From contig JAZROV010000016.1 of the NCBI GenBank assembly GCA_045648885.1, positions 3,902 through 67,901 on the forward strand: a stretch of 64,000 nucleotides of DNA, read 5' to 3'. Shown here piece after piece: positions 16,916 through 27,476 of the stretch. A model generated the notes under the pieces. It saw nothing but the letters and a program-made list of their open reading frames with translations. It made no database searches and was not told the DNA's origin. Position numbers and translations under genes: made by a program. How positions within the stretch are numbered: position 1 is the first letter of the stretch; every line of letters starts with the position of its first letter. This stretch comes from Candidatus Enterousia sp. GTDB taxonomy: Bacteria > Pseudomonadota > Alphaproteobacteria > Rs-D84.

Positions 16916-18880
16916 CTATACAAACAAATCTTTTACGAATTGGGCATGTTCAGTAATAAATTTAAATCTGAATTCTGGTTTTTTACCCATCAAATCATAA
17001 ACCAACGCTTTTGTTTTTTCAGTGTCTTCTAAGCCCTCTTCTGTCTTTGGGGGTAAATCAACCCGAATCAAACGACGCGTCTTGGCAGACATAGTAGTTT
17101 CTTTTAATTGATTCGGCATCATTTCACCCAACCCTTTGAATCGAGAGATTTCAATTTTTTTGTTTTTATATTTATTATTTTTTAATTCTTCTAATTCTTC
17201 GTCTGTATCGACATAAAACGATTCGGTTCCACATGTCAATTTGTACAACGGCGGACACGACAAATACAAATGTCCCCCATAAATCAATTGCGGCATATAT
17301 TGATAGAAAAACGCCATCAACAATGATGCGATATGACTGCCATCGACATCAGCATCTGTCATAATAATAATTTTTTCATAGCGCAATTTTGCATCGTCCC
17401 AATCTTTTGCAGTTCCCGCACCAATAATATCAATCAAATCATTTAATTCACGATTTGCGCTGAATTTTTCATCGGAATTAGACAACACATTCAATACTTT
17501 TCCACGCAACGGCATAATCGCCTGGGTTGCCCTGTCCCGCGCCTGTTTAGCAGTTCCACCGGCCGATTCACCCTCTACAATAAACAATTCGGTACCTTCG
17601 ATTCCGTGTTTAGAACAATCTGCCAATTTCGCAGGCATACGAATTCGTTTGGTTGGTGTTTTGCGCGCAACATCTTTGACCTGTTTTGTTTTAATACGCG
17701 CATTCGCTAAATTGATAACAAATTCCAACAGCGCATTTGCAGTTTTCGGATCAGACGCCAAAAACATTTCCCATGGATCTTTGATTGCGTTTTCTGTATA
17801 CCGTGCAATCTCAGGATTCGATAATTTTTCTTTGGTTTGACCTAAAAATTGTGGTGTTTTGTAAAACACAGATACAATCGCAGCAACCGAATCGAACACA
17901 TCTTCACTGATAATCGACGCAGCAGATTTATTATTTATCTTTTCGCCGTACGCTTTTAACCCTTTGGTAATTGCAGCCTTGAATCCGGCTTCGTGTGTGC
18001 CACCATCGATTGTCGCGATAGTATTGCAATACGATGCAAAAAATCCATCATCAGACGCAGCGCCATTTTCATCGGTCAAAACATTCAACGCCCATTCTAC
18101 ACGCCCCATATCATCAGGAAAATCTATCGCGCCAGAAAATATCTTTGGCAAAATATGCGGTTTAGATTCTGTTTTTTCGCTGACAAAATCTGCGACACCA
18201 TTTGGATAATAAAAAACTTTATCCGATTCGATGTTCATACCTTCGGTAACCAACGCCGGATTACAATGCCATTCAATTTTCACCCCACGTGACAAAAACG
18301 ATTTAGCCCGCGCCATACGATAAATCTTAACTGGCTTAAACACTGCGTTTTCACCAAAAATTTCATCATCAATAGTAAATCTGATTTTTGTCCCGTGCGC
18401 TTTGGTTTCAATTCCACGCATAATCGGCGAAATAGCCTTGCCACGTGAAAAGCTTTGATGCCATTCATACCCATCGCGTGAAATCACAACATCCATATTT
18501 GAAGATAACGCATTTACAACCGCACTGCCAACGCCATGCAGCCCGCCACTGGTTTTATAAACATTATTATTAAATTTACCGCCCGAATGTAGTGTAGTCA
18601 AAATAACCTCAAGTGCAGATTTACCCGGATATTTTGGATGTTCATCAACCGGAATACCGCGTCCATCATCTGTGATTTCTATGGTCTTGGCATCTATTAA
18701 ATTCACAGTAATTTTTTTAGCAAAACCGGCCACCGCTTCATCGATAGAATTATCCATAATTTCGACCGGCAAATGGTGCCATGCTTTTTCATCTGTGCCG
18801 CCAATATACATACCCGGGCGCAAACGAACAGGCTCTAAGCCTTCCAGCACTTGAATATCTGATGCATCATATTTGTTCAT
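16916..18880 (-). CDS. parE: DNA topoisomerase IV subunit B
   Basis: GHKL ATPase N-terminus (LEGLEPVRLRPGMYIGGT), Toprim (EGESAGG, DADVDGSHI). The 654-aa length fits ParE rather than the ~800-aa GyrB. Confidence 0.85.
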   Translation of the reverse strand: MNKYDASDIQVLEGLEPVRLRPGMYIGGTDEKAWHHLPVEIMDNSIDEAVAGFAKKITVNLIDAKTIEITDDGRGIPVDEHPKYPGKSALEVILTTLHSGGKFNNNVYKTSGGLHGVGSAVVNALSSNMDVVISRDGYEWHQSFSRGKAISPIMRGIETKAHGTKIRFTIDDEIFGENAVFKPVKIYRMARAKSFLSRGVKIEWHCNPALVTEGMNIESDKVFYYPNGVADFVSEKTESKPHILPKIFSGAIDFPDDMGRVEWALNVLTDENGAASDDGFFASYCNTIATIDGGTHEAGFKAAITKGLKAYGEKINNKSAASIISEDVFDSVAAIVSVFYKTPQFLGQTKEKLSNPEIARYTENAIKDPWEMFLASDPKTANALLEFVINLANARIKTKQVKDVARKTPTKRIRMPAKLADCSKHGIEGTELFIVEGESAGGTAKQARDRATQAIMPLRGKVLNVLSNSDEKFSANRELNDLIDIIGAGTAKDWDDAKLRYEKIIIMTDADVDGSHIASLLMAFFYQYMPQLIYGGHLYLSCPPLYKLTCGTESFYVDTDEELEELKNNKYKNKKIEISRFKGLGEMMPNQLKETTMSAKTRRLIRVDLPPKTEEGLEDTEKTKALVYDLMGKKPEFRFKFITEHAQFVKDLFV

Positions 18881-19049
18881 AACTTTCCCATCTTTAACAC
18901 CATATTATTATAACATTTTCGTATTTTGTGCAAGGTAAAACTGACGAAATCAGCACAAAAAACCGCTAAAAATATAGTTATTATCAGACTTGATTTTTGT
19001 TTAAATATAACTATATATTTATCAACAATAATAAATTGGTGAATAAAAA

Positions 19050-20180
19050 ATGAATAAAAATCCTTATGAAGTTTTGGGTGTCGCCAAAGATGCCACTGAT
19101 ACCGAAATTAAAAAAGCTTATCATAAATTGGTTTTAAAATATCACCCTGATAAAAACCCGGGCGACAAATCTGCCGAAGAAAAATTTAAAGAGGTCAACA
19201 ACGCATTTGATATATTGAAAGATCCGCAAAAACGCGCTGCATATGACCGATTTGGCGATGCTGCATTCGCAGGTGGCAATGGTGCCGGCGCAGGTTTTGG
19301 CGGCGGGAATCCTTTTGGCAACGGCACATTCCATTTCAATATGGGCGGTGGCGACATGGGCGGAATGGAAGACATTTTACGCGAAGCCATGCGTGGTTTC
19401 GGATTTGGCGGTGGTTTTGGTAGCGGTGGCCAACAAGGTGCGCAACAACACGGCCGCGATTTACTGGACGAAATCGTCATTGATTTAAAAGATGCTTTTT
19501 TTGGTAAAACACACACCGTAAAATTCACCAGTGCGGTCAAATGTGAAAAATGTAACGGCAACGGCACCGCTGATGGAAAACCTGCCCCAACATGCAAAAC
19601 ATGTGGTGGCACAGGATATGTTCATGCACGCCAGGGATTTTTTGCGGTTGAAACCCCATGTCCAGATTGTCATGGACTGGGTAAAAAAATTGATAAAAAA
19701 TGCAGCGCCTGCGACGGCAGTGGCATGGTGAATAAACAAAGAACATTGGACGTAAAAATTCCTGCCGGCATCCAAGATGGCGCACGATTACGGCTAAGCG
19801 GTATGGGCGAAGCGGCCCCGAACGGTGGCATTCCTGGTGATTTTTATCTGGATGTTCACATTCGTCCAAACAAAACATTTGAACGAATCGGGGATGATTT
19901 ACTGATGCATCGTGATTTAGACTTCACAACTTTGGCCATGGGTGGCGAAACAGAAATCGAAACAATAGATGATAAAAAATTGTCTGTAAAAATACCGTCT
20001 GGAACCCAGGTTGGCGAAAAATTACGCGTCCGCGGGCATGGTATGCCAAACGGCCGCGGTGGCTTTGGTGATCTGTACATAGAAATCGGAATTGTCATAC
20101 CGAAAAAATTGACCGAAAAACAGAAAAAAGCCTTAACCGAATTCGCCGGCATAAAATCAGACAAAAAAGGTTGGTTTTAA
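19050..20180 (+). CDS. dnaJ: molecular chaperone DnaJ
   Basis: J domain (HPD), G/F-rich linker and four CxxCxGxG zinc motifs. Confidence 0.95.
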   Translation: MNKNPYEVLGVAKDATDTEIKKAYHKLVLKYHPDKNPGDKSAEEKFKEVNNAFDILKDPQKRAAYDRFGDAAFAGGNGAGAGFGGGNPFGNGTFHFNMGGGDMGGMEDILREAMRGFGFGGGFGSGGQQGAQQHGRDLLDEIVIDLKDAFFGKTHTVKFTSAVKCEKCNGNGTADGKPAPTCKTCGGTGYVHARQGFFAVETPCPDCHGLGKKIDKKCSACDGSGMVNKQRTLDVKIPAGIQDGARLRLSGMGEAAPNGGIPGDFYLDVHIRPNKTFERIGDDLLMHRDLDFTTLAMGGETEIETIDDKKLSVKIPSGTQVGEKLRVRGHGMPNGRGGFGDLYIEIGIVIPKKLTEKQKKALTEFAGIKSDKKGWF

Positions 20181-20190
20181 AATTATGATT

Positions 20191-20226
20191 AAAAAAACAC
20201 CGCCCGTCTGGGCGGTATATTTTTAT
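20191..20226. terminator. bidirectional rho-independent terminator
   Basis: A7-ACCGCCC-GTCT-GGGCGGT, then a T-rich tail. Sits between convergent dnaJ and dnaA. Confidence 0.75.
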
Positions 20227-20235
20227 TAAAAAACT

Positions 20236-21522
20236 TTATTTGCAGATTTTTATTAAATCGTCTATTTCTGCATTCAAAATTAAATCTGATGCTTTCTGAT
20301 TTTCAATTTGACTTAACGCATAAACAACGGTTGCATGATCACGTCCACCACAAACATTACCAATCTCAGTCAAAGATAAATTCGTCACGCACTTTAACAC
20401 AGACATCATTATCTGGCGCGCACGAACCAAACAACGCGCACGAGAATTGCCGCAAATTTCATCGTATGCAACACCCATCTTTTCACACATAGATTTTACC
20501 ATCATCATTGGTGTTTTGTTTTTATTCAATATGTCACCCAATAAACGTCCGGCAACATCCATATCAACCGATTCGCCCATCAATTCTTGGTATGTTTTGA
20601 TTTTGTTTATAACACCATTTACCAAATGACCGTCTGCCCCAATACGTTTTGACAATTCGTCTGCAACGATTCCATTTATACCCGCACGATTTAACATATT
20701 ACGACGCACAAACGCATTCGGCGCAACAACATCAACGACCAAGCCTGACGCAAACAAAGACTGCATACGTCTGTCGAATCCCGTCAACGCATTTGGTGCA
20801 ACATTCCCAGTCAACACAACGCGTTTACCAGCATTACGCAAATCTGTTAATAATTGTAAAAATTCATCCATTGTTGCGCGTTTGCCAGACAGCGCACACA
20901 CATCATCCAATATGAACATATCACAATTACGACAAAAATCTTTGAAAGAAAATACAGTCTTATCACGCAACGAACGTGCAAAATCAGAAACAAATTGACC
21001 ACCCGACATCATCACAACACGACCGTCAAACGAAGAACAAATGCAATTTGCCAACAAAGTTTTACCACAACCCGCTGCACCACAGATGAACAATTGAGAA
21101 AACGAAGCGCCACCCGTTGCAATTTTTTTACATGCAGCCACCGCAAACATATTGTCATCAGACACAACAAAATCATCAAACGCATTATGTTTTGTTTGTT
21201 TAACAACATCATGTTGGTTTGGAGTATAGGCACAAACAACATTATCATTCGCAGATACATTGACAGTATTCATATTGCCACGCACAAACATATTGAAATT
21301 CAAAGAAAAATCCGCCGCAATCTCTTGAATGATGTTTCCATACACTCTCTTGACATAGTCGGCGGAAAATTGATTGTGTGCAACAACATTTAAACAATCA
21401 TTTTTTATTTCGAATTGCAACGGCATAATCCAGGCAGTGAACCCCGCAGAATCTATCTTGGCAGCAACCGCCGTTTTTATTGATTCTGCATTTACATTTT
21501 GTTTTGCTGTCGCTAATTGCAT
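20236..21522 (-). CDS. dnaA: chromosomal replication initiator DnaA
   Basis: AAA+ Walker A GAAGCGKTLL, and a C-terminal DNA-binding helix (GGRDHATVVYA). Start placed at the ATG at 21522, preceded by AAAGGAG. Confidence 0.95.
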   Translation of the reverse strand: MQLATAKQNVNAESIKTAVAAKIDSAGFTAWIMPLQFEIKNDCLNVVAHNQFSADYVKRVYGNIIQEIAADFSLNFNMFVRGNMNTVNVSANDNVVCAYTPNQHDVVKQTKHNAFDDFVVSDDNMFAVAACKKIATGGASFSQLFICGAAGCGKTLLANCICSSFDGRVVMMSGGQFVSDFARSLRDKTVFSFKDFCRNCDMFILDDVCALSGKRATMDEFLQLLTDLRNAGKRVVLTGNVAPNALTGFDRRMQSLFASGLVVDVVAPNAFVRRNMLNRAGINGIVADELSKRIGADGHLVNGVINKIKTYQELMGESVDMDVAGRLLGDILNKNKTPMMMVKSMCEKMGVAYDEICGNSRARCLVRARQIMMSVLKCVTNLSLTEIGNVCGGRDHATVVYALSQIENQKASDLILNAEIDDLIKICK

Positions 21523-21793
21523 ATCGTTTGCTCCTTTCCCTTCCATTAAAAAGAGTTGCATTTTTTTCAGGTGTAAAGAACCCCTGTGCATAAACGTTAA
21601 ATTCTCTTGAACCCAAGAATTTAAAATTTATGTTGCCCCACTCTTTTATACATTCTTTGATTGATGTTTTATCAATCGTTTGGATACAGAAAACAATTTA
21701 TAAGATTTATTTCTGTTTGCAACCAAATGTTCAAATTTTTTTAAACATTTATTTTTTGACAACGATTCGTTTTTTCCCTGGATTTTCGCACAT

Positions 21794-21814
21794 TGTATAT
21801 ACACTGTATATACA
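21794..21814. promoter_or_regulatory. two tandem copies of the 10-bp palindrome TGTATATACA
   Basis: TGTATATACA-C-TGTATATACA read directly from the sequence. It lies between the dprA stop and the dnaA upstream region. Confidence 0.3.
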
Positions 21815-21823
21815 TACAAAAAA

Positions 21824-22837
21824 TCAATTCAAGACATAACCAGTATCAACTTTTCTTATTAAACCTTGCAATTCTAACATCACCAAATCAGCCTTGATTT
21901 CCGGAACCGTTTTTTTGACAAGTTTTGCCAATACACTTTCAGACACAGGAATCATTCCTATTTTATCCAAGACATCATTTTCGACCGCTGAATTTTTTTT
22001 ATGATTTTGTTCTTTTTCTTCATCAAAAAAATCTTTAGCAGACATACACAATGTTGCCAGCCCATTTTTTATCAAAGAATTTGGCCCAACACTGCGCGGG
22101 TCGGACGGATGTCCAGGCACCGCGAACACAGGCTTTCCATAATCAATTGCGAATCGGGCAGTGGTCATACTGCCTGATTTTGCATCTGCTTCGCCGATAA
22201 TCAATAAATCTGCCAATGCTGCAACCCAATGATTTCTTTGTATAAAATTACTGGCAACCGGATTGGTTCCAACCGGCATTTCACTGATTAAGACGCCACG
22301 TTCCATAATTTCATAATAAAGACCTTCATTTTCCAACGGCCAAATATAGTCAACACCACCGGCCAACACGGCGACTGTTTGCGAATCGCTCTCCACACGC
22401 AAAGCCCCACTATGTGCGGCAGAATCAATTCCCATCGCCATACCAGAAACAACTGCAAAATCATGCCCAGCAAACGCAGTTGCCAAATCTGACATAAAGC
22501 CCATTCCTGCAGCAGTTGCATGACGTGTTCCAACCATAGCCACCATTTTTTTCTTTAATGTATCAACATTCCCACGCACAGAAATAACTGGTGGATGATT
22601 TTTTATATCTAATAAATTTTTGGGGTATAACGAATCATCATCGCAAATATATTTAATTCCTAAATCATTCGCCCTGTCGATTTCACGTTTCACAGAATCA
22701 ACATAATCTGAATCTAAATTTAACGAATCGACAACAGACGCCACATCGCCGTATTCTTCCAATAATTTATTATAGCGTACCGCCCCTACCCCCGGCATGC
22801 GCAATATCAAAAGTTTATTTAACAACATATCATCCAT
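21824..22837 (-). CDS. dprA: DNA-processing protein DprA (Smf)
   Basis: Rossmann-like DprA core VGTRHATAAG...GMAMGIDSAAH..., 337 aa. Confidence 0.9.
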   Translation of the reverse strand: MDDMLLNKLLILRMPGVGAVRYNKLLEEYGDVASVVDSLNLDSDYVDSVKREIDRANDLGIKYICDDDSLYPKNLLDIKNHPPVISVRGNVDTLKKKMVAMVGTRHATAAGMGFMSDLATAFAGHDFAVVSGMAMGIDSAAHSGALRVESDSQTVAVLAGGVDYIWPLENEGLYYEIMERGVLISEMPVGTNPVASNFIQRNHWVAALADLLIIGEADAKSGSMTTARFAIDYGKPVFAVPGHPSDPRSVGPNSLIKNGLATLCMSAKDFFDEEKEQNHKKNSAVENDVLDKIGMIPVSESVLAKLVKKTVPEIKADLVMLELQGLIRKVDTGYVLN

Positions 22838-22899
22838 AACAAAAAAGATTGTAGAACAAATCTACAATCTTTCGAAAGGAAAAAAATCATATAAAACCG

Positions 22900-23751
22900 T
22901 TATTTTCCAAATTCTTCCAACAAAGATGCATATTTATCACAATCGAAATCATCATCTTCTATCAATTGAGCATCACATGCTTTTCTGATGGTTCTTAAAT
23001 TTTTTACATATTCTTGATATTGACTTGGGTTTTTATCCTTTAACGTCAACAACTGGGATCTGTACACCTGGACATCAGATAAATTTTTATTTTTCTGACC
23101 TTCTACTTTGCCACCAATCAATCTATTACCAAACAATTCCATCGCACCAACACCAAGAGCCGCCCCACCAACAGAAGATGCAACTATACCTGCGATACGG
23201 TTCCCCTTTTTGGCATCCAAAATACGTTGTTCCAAATCGGCTTTATTTGCCCAGCTGCCACATTCAATATTTTCACCCCACATAAAATACCGTGGCGCAA
23301 TATCAGCAACAGAAACACGCGATTCGTCATCAGATTTTAATTCCACACGAACAAAGCAAACATTATTCTGCGGATTTACAACATCTTCCACCATACCAGA
23401 ATAATTGTTTGTATTACTGTAACGTGATGCCCAAACAAAAGTATTACCAATTCCAATATTATTATTTATACATGCGTTTCTTTCAGCTTCACGCATATCG
23501 ATTTGTGGTGTTGTCACAATTTCACGTTCATCACTGAAAACCGTAACATGCGCATCAGTCGTGTCGTTTGTCACATTGGTTGTATTCGTCACATTTGTAG
23601 ATGGTGCCATCGCGCCATTTAATTGATTAATCGATGCAGTATAACGTGGCGCAGCCATGATTTTATTAGACATTGCCGGACGACCACTTTGCGCTGCAAC
23701 CGCGTCAAACGCGACAAAAGACAAAACAAAAATCGATAAAAACCGTTTCAT
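22900..23751 (-). CDS. hypothetical secreted protein with C-terminal glycine-zipper segment
   Basis: Signal peptide (AVAA|Q), an N/T-rich low-complexity stretch, and NRIAGIVASSVGGAALGVGAMELF resembling a segment of the 53557-55590 product. Confidence 0.6.
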   Translation of the reverse strand: MKRFLSIFVLSFVAFDAVAAQSGRPAMSNKIMAAPRYTASINQLNGAMAPSTNVTNTTNVTNDTTDAHVTVFSDEREIVTTPQIDMREAERNACINNNIGIGNTFVWASRYSNTNNYSGMVEDVVNPQNNVCFVRVELKSDDESRVSVADIAPRYFMWGENIECGSWANKADLEQRILDAKKGNRIAGIVASSVGGAALGVGAMELFGNRLIGGKVEGQKNKNLSDVQVYRSQLLTLKDKNPSQYQEYVKNLRTIRKACDAQLIEDDDFDCDKYASLLEEFGK

Positions 23752-23818
23752 GTAAAATCCCTCTCTTCGTTATGGCATTATACCACAAAATCGCCACAAA
23801 AACAATACTAAATATATT

Positions 23819-24406
23819 TTATTTCTTCCACTTCCATTCGATTTTTGATTCTTTTCCTTGAATCAACCGCACAATATTTTCACGGTGACGAACCAAACAG
23901 AGCAAAGAAATCGCCAACAGTGCGAAACCGACGCTTTTCCCAACCAAAAAGCCAAAAACAGGCAAAGTCATAAATACAAACAAAGCGCCCAACGAAGAAT
24001 ATCCAGATATCAATGCTGCAACCAACCACTCGGCACCTAAAACCAAAAACCACAACGGATTTCCTACGAACAACATTCCAAACAACACAGAAACCCCCTT
24101 GCCCCCGTGGAATTTCAACCATATTGGAAAACAATGCCCAACAATAGCAGCAAAACCGCACCAAATAGAAAACACGCCGCCAACCAAAAATCCGCCCACC
24201 AGCACGGCTGCAATACCTTTTAACATATCCAATATCCAAACCAGTCCTGCCAAACGCAGCCCCCCGACACGCATAACATTGGTTGCACCGATATTGCCAC
24301 TGCCAACCTTACGTAAATCGACATTTTTAGAAAGTTTCGCCACTATTACCCCGAAAGGAATAGAACCCAATAAATAAGAAATTATTATACATATTATATA
24401 TATCAT
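23819..24406 (-). CDS. plsY: glycerol-3-phosphate acyltransferase PlsY
   Basis: GSGNIGATNVMR motif, five or more TM segments, 195 aa. Confidence 0.9.
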   Translation of the reverse strand: MIYIICIIISYLLGSIPFGVIVAKLSKNVDLRKVGSGNIGATNVMRVGGLRLAGLVWILDMLKGIAAVLVGGFLVGGVFSIWCGFAAIVGHCFPIWLKFHGGKGVSVLFGMLFVGNPLWFLVLGAEWLVAALISGYSSLGALFVFMTLPVFGFLVGKSVGFALLAISLLCLVRHRENIVRLIQGKESKIEWKWKK

Positions 24407-24417
24407 GTCATTTTTCC

Positions 24418-24445
24418 TTGATTTTATGTTTGTTTCTTATACAAT
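24418..24445 (+). promoter_or_regulatory. promoter TTGATT-N16-TACAAT
   Basis: Counted directly. Lies 35 nt upstream of the rpsT GTG start. Confidence 0.45.
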
Positions 24446-24479
24446 AGCATAAACCTGATGAAAATAAAAGGAAAATAAA

Positions 24480-24740
24480 GTGGCTAATCATAAATCATGT
24501 GATAAAAGAATTTTGGTAACTGCGAAAAAGAACGCAATCAATACTGCACGTCGCAGTGCCGTTAAAACCGCAACCAAGAAAGCGTTAACCGCTATCGAAT
24601 CTGGGGACAAAGCCGCCGCCGTTGCAGCAGCACGCGCCGCAGAAAGCAAAATCATGAAAGCAGCGGGCAAAACAATGCCAAAGAAAACTGCTTCACGTAA
24701 GGTTGCACGTCTGGCAAAGAAAGTTGCTAAAATCGCATAA
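24480..24740 (+). CDS. rpsT: 30S ribosomal protein S20
   Basis: MANHKS..KR......R.N....S..KT.IKK pattern, highly basic, 86 aa, GTG start after AAGGAAAATAAA. Confidence 0.9.
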   Translation: MANHKSCDKRILVTAKKNAINTARRSAVKTATKKALTAIESGDKAAAVAAARAAESKIMKAAGKTMPKKTASRKVARLAKKVAKIA

Positions 24741-24754
24741 GAATCTTTTATCTT

Positions 24755-24783
24755 AAAAAACCGTCCGATTGGACGGTTTTTTT
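24755..24783 (+). terminator. rho-independent terminator of rpsT
   Basis: CCGTCC-GATT-GGACGG followed by T7. Confidence 0.8.
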
Positions 24784-24801
24784 GATAACAAAATTACATT
24801 T

Positions 24802-24829
24802 AAAAAACCGGTTTCTCAACCGGTTTTTT
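24802..24829 (-). terminator. rho-independent terminator of the secretin operon
   Basis: AACCGGTT-TCTC-AACCGGTT flanked by A6/T6, 5 nt from the secretin stop codon. Confidence 0.75.
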
Positions 24830-24834
24830 ATTCT

Positions 24835-26463
24835 TTAATTCAATGGCGCACCCCAATTCTGTTGAATGTTCCGTTCTGCATCCATCGGGCTGACCAAAAC
24901 ATTCGGAGTCAAGATAACAACCAAAACTTCACGTGTTCCTTTGGCATCGCGAGAGCCCGACAACGCCATAAAGTCCGCATCGCCCAAACCGTATCTGGTA
25001 TCATCGTTCGTCTGTTTTTCAAATCCAGACACGACCAGCATTTGACCAGATTCCATAATAACTTCCTGCATAAACGAACGTTCTTCAACTTCTGGTAATT
25101 GCAGAGTAAAGCCTGAATCACCACCAATCTTTTGAGTATTCATTCTGACCAATTCGCGCACATTCATTTTAAACAACAACAATATCTTGCCGCTTTCCAA
25201 AATATTCGGCAATAATTGTAATGAAAAACCAGTTTCCAAATCAGACTGTTCAACAGTGCTGGTTTCGACCGTTGTGAAATTACGAGATTCCAAACGTTTG
25301 ATATATCCCGTGGTTTTAGTATTATTCACCGGCGCAACACGATTATTACGTGTTGTCACACCAACATTCGTCACCAAAGACACTTTACCCTGCTTTGCCA
25401 AAGCATCTATCAACGCCCCAGATCCCGCAATACGAGAATCGTTTATTTGTGCATCAGTATATGCACCCGCTACAACATTACCACTGCTGTCCAGATGGGT
25501 TGCGCCTGTCGTAGCAGACAACGCATTACTTAACACCGCAACGCTCAAAGAACTGGCACCTGCAACTTCTGGATGCGATGGACTGGCAACAATATTCAAT
25601 CCCGATGCAGAATTCACAGCCGCTGCCAAATTCAAACCAAACGCAGATTCATTTGACAAAGACACTTGAAGCACTTTGACATCAATCGTGACCAATTGTG
25701 ACAAACGTTTATTCTGACGCGCGATATATTCAGCAACACGGTTCAACACAGACGGTGACGCCGTGACAGTAATTGTTCCCAAACTGCGTGATACTGTAAA
25801 TTGAGCATTTTTTACCCCGCTGACAATAGATGTTATTGCCGCTTCTATTTCGTCCCATTCATTCAAATTAGATTCCAAAGAAACCGCATTTCCATCATTT
25901 GATTGCACAGATGATTGATATGACACGTCGGTCCCCAGCGCAAACAAAGTATACGTCCGTGTTTCTGTTTCATAGAAAACGATTGCGCCTTTGTCATAAT
26001 ACCAAAGCAAATCTAAATCTGTCGCAATTTGAGATAACAAACCTGACAATTTTCCAGTATAAGCGACATCAACCGTTCTCTTTAATTTTTCAGTATCAAT
26101 CTGACTATCTATTTTCACAGGAATACCAGTGATAGAATTTATGTCATTTGCCAATGCTTGAAGCGTGACCGGTTCACTTAATAAAATAGTCACCCCAGAA
26201 TCAGTTTCATATTTTGACGGCAAATTATTTTTATGTTCCAATAACATTGATTTATTACCCAACCAAACACCTTCGGACATAGAAACCGTATCACCACCGG
26301 CAACTTTTGCACGCGGGCTTTTGGACAATTCAAACATTTCATGGGCATTCACAAAATCTTTATCTACAGCTGCAGACACTTTGGCAGATTCACGCAACGT
26401 GCATCCAGACATAGCCAACCCTGCAACCAAACCCAAAATACAAACATAAAAACGATTTGCCAT
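24835..26463 (-). CDS. lipoprotein secretin (type IVb pilus PilN/TcpC-like)
   Basis: Lipobox AMSGC. C-terminal secretin domain pattern (LQLLPNILESGKILLLF...MESGQMLVVSGFEKQ...REVLVVILTPNVL). Confidence 0.75.
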   Translation of the reverse strand: MANRFYVCILGLVAGLAMSGCTLRESAKVSAAVDKDFVNAHEMFELSKSPRAKVAGGDTVSMSEGVWLGNKSMLLEHKNNLPSKYETDSGVTILLSEPVTLQALANDINSITGIPVKIDSQIDTEKLKRTVDVAYTGKLSGLLSQIATDLDLLWYYDKGAIVFYETETRTYTLFALGTDVSYQSSVQSNDGNAVSLESNLNEWDEIEAAITSIVSGVKNAQFTVSRSLGTITVTASPSVLNRVAEYIARQNKRLSQLVTIDVKVLQVSLSNESAFGLNLAAAVNSASGLNIVASPSHPEVAGASSLSVAVLSNALSATTGATHLDSSGNVVAGAYTDAQINDSRIAGSGALIDALAKQGKVSLVTNVGVTTRNNRVAPVNNTKTTGYIKRLESRNFTTVETSTVEQSDLETGFSLQLLPNILESGKILLLFKMNVRELVRMNTQKIGGDSGFTLQLPEVEERSFMQEVIMESGQMLVVSGFEKQTNDDTRYGLGDADFMALSGSRDAKGTREVLVVILTPNVLVSPMDAERNIQQNWGAPLN

Positions 26464-26495
26464 ATTTTATCTCCTACAAACCTTTGATTTCCAGA

Positions 26496-27446
26496 TTATT
26501 CGTCCAGCGTTGATATCACCAGAACACGATTCCCCTTGTAAAATTTTGCATACGGTGCCGGCGCAGCCCGTTCAAAATTACGAACCAACGCAGAAGCGAC
26601 ATCAACAAAGCGCCCTTTGAATACAGCACTGGCTTCGATTGGATATTCACGTGGTGTTGTCCAAACCAAATCCCAACCTTCTTTGTCACACCATGCCTTT
26701 AACACATCCTGCAAAGTCTGGCCAGACGCAACCACCCAAGAACGCACTTCGTTATCAACAAACGCAGGCACCTGGTCATCAACATCATCATTTACATTTA
26801 TAACCGCAGTATTACCAGCCACATTCTGACCAGATATTTCTGGAGTTTTTTCAGCCACAAAACCCGCCCGTTCTGCGAACGCCATATACGCATCCGGTTG
26901 TTTATTGCAAACGCGACGTGCACTGCGAGACATAGACAAAACCGTTCCGCCATCATCTTCCATCATTTCGCGCTGCAACAAAGGCATTTCTGCATTATTT
27001 ACACATTCATAGTCAAAACCAGCCGGAATTTGGCGACCATTATCAATACTGGGGCCACCAGACCACCCAGTACCACGAACGCCGCCCATATTTATATTAT
27101 TTTCTATAACCAGCCCCGAACCTATTTTCGACACGATTTTCATATCGCCATCGGAACAGCCCGCGTCTTTACAACTGATTTGGAAATCAGCATCAGTCCC
27201 CACCAATGGCCAAACAGGAATACGCTCTGTCACGTTGGCCATTTGAACAGGTTCATAATTGTTTGTTTGGATATATCTTTGTTCAACAACAGTGTCTTCT
27301 ACGACGTCATCTGCCCGATCCATATCATCATATTCATCATAGTCATAGAACACTTCTGAAGTCACAATTTGTTGTGGCATATCCGCCGCAAACGCAGTCC
27401 CACCCAGCAAAACAGGCAATAAAAACAAACAAAATTTGTATGACAT
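26496..27446 (-). CDS. TcpQ/PilL-like pilus biogenesis protein
   Basis: Signal peptide. C-terminal WVVASGQTLQDVLKAWCDKEGWDLVWTTPREYPIEASAVFKGRFVDVASALV matches the TcpQ-type domain pattern (recalled). Start at the ATG at 27446 after GGAAAGGAAAAG. Confidence 0.65.
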   Translation of the reverse strand: MSYKFCLFLLPVLLGGTAFAADMPQQIVTSEVFYDYDEYDDMDRADDVVEDTVVEQRYIQTNNYEPVQMANVTERIPVWPLVGTDADFQISCKDAGCSDGDMKIVSKIGSGLVIENNINMGGVRGTGWSGGPSIDNGRQIPAGFDYECVNNAEMPLLQREMMEDDGGTVLSMSRSARRVCNKQPDAYMAFAERAGFVAEKTPEISGQNVAGNTAVINVNDDVDDQVPAFVDNEVRSWVVASGQTLQDVLKAWCDKEGWDLVWTTPREYPIEASAVFKGRFVDVASALVRNFERAAPAPYAKFYKGNRVLVISTLDE

Positions 27447-27476
27447 AATTCTTTTCCTTTCCATTTATTATATATG

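Noticed and set aside
16916-18880. Calling this type IIA topoisomerase B subunit GyrB
   Set aside because: It is 654 aa and lacks the ~170-aa insertion and longer tail typical of proteobacterial GyrB, so ParE is the better call. This cannot be proven without phylogeny.
19142-19612. 156-aa minus-strand ORF (Pro-rich), plus other ORFs nested in dnaJ
   Set aside because: They are antisense to the dnaJ G/F-rich and zinc-finger regions. dnaJ is unambiguous.
21523-21823. oriC next to dnaA
   Set aside because: No good DnaA boxes and no AT-rich 13-mer-like repeats were recognised. In alphaproteobacteria the origin is often not adjacent to dnaA.
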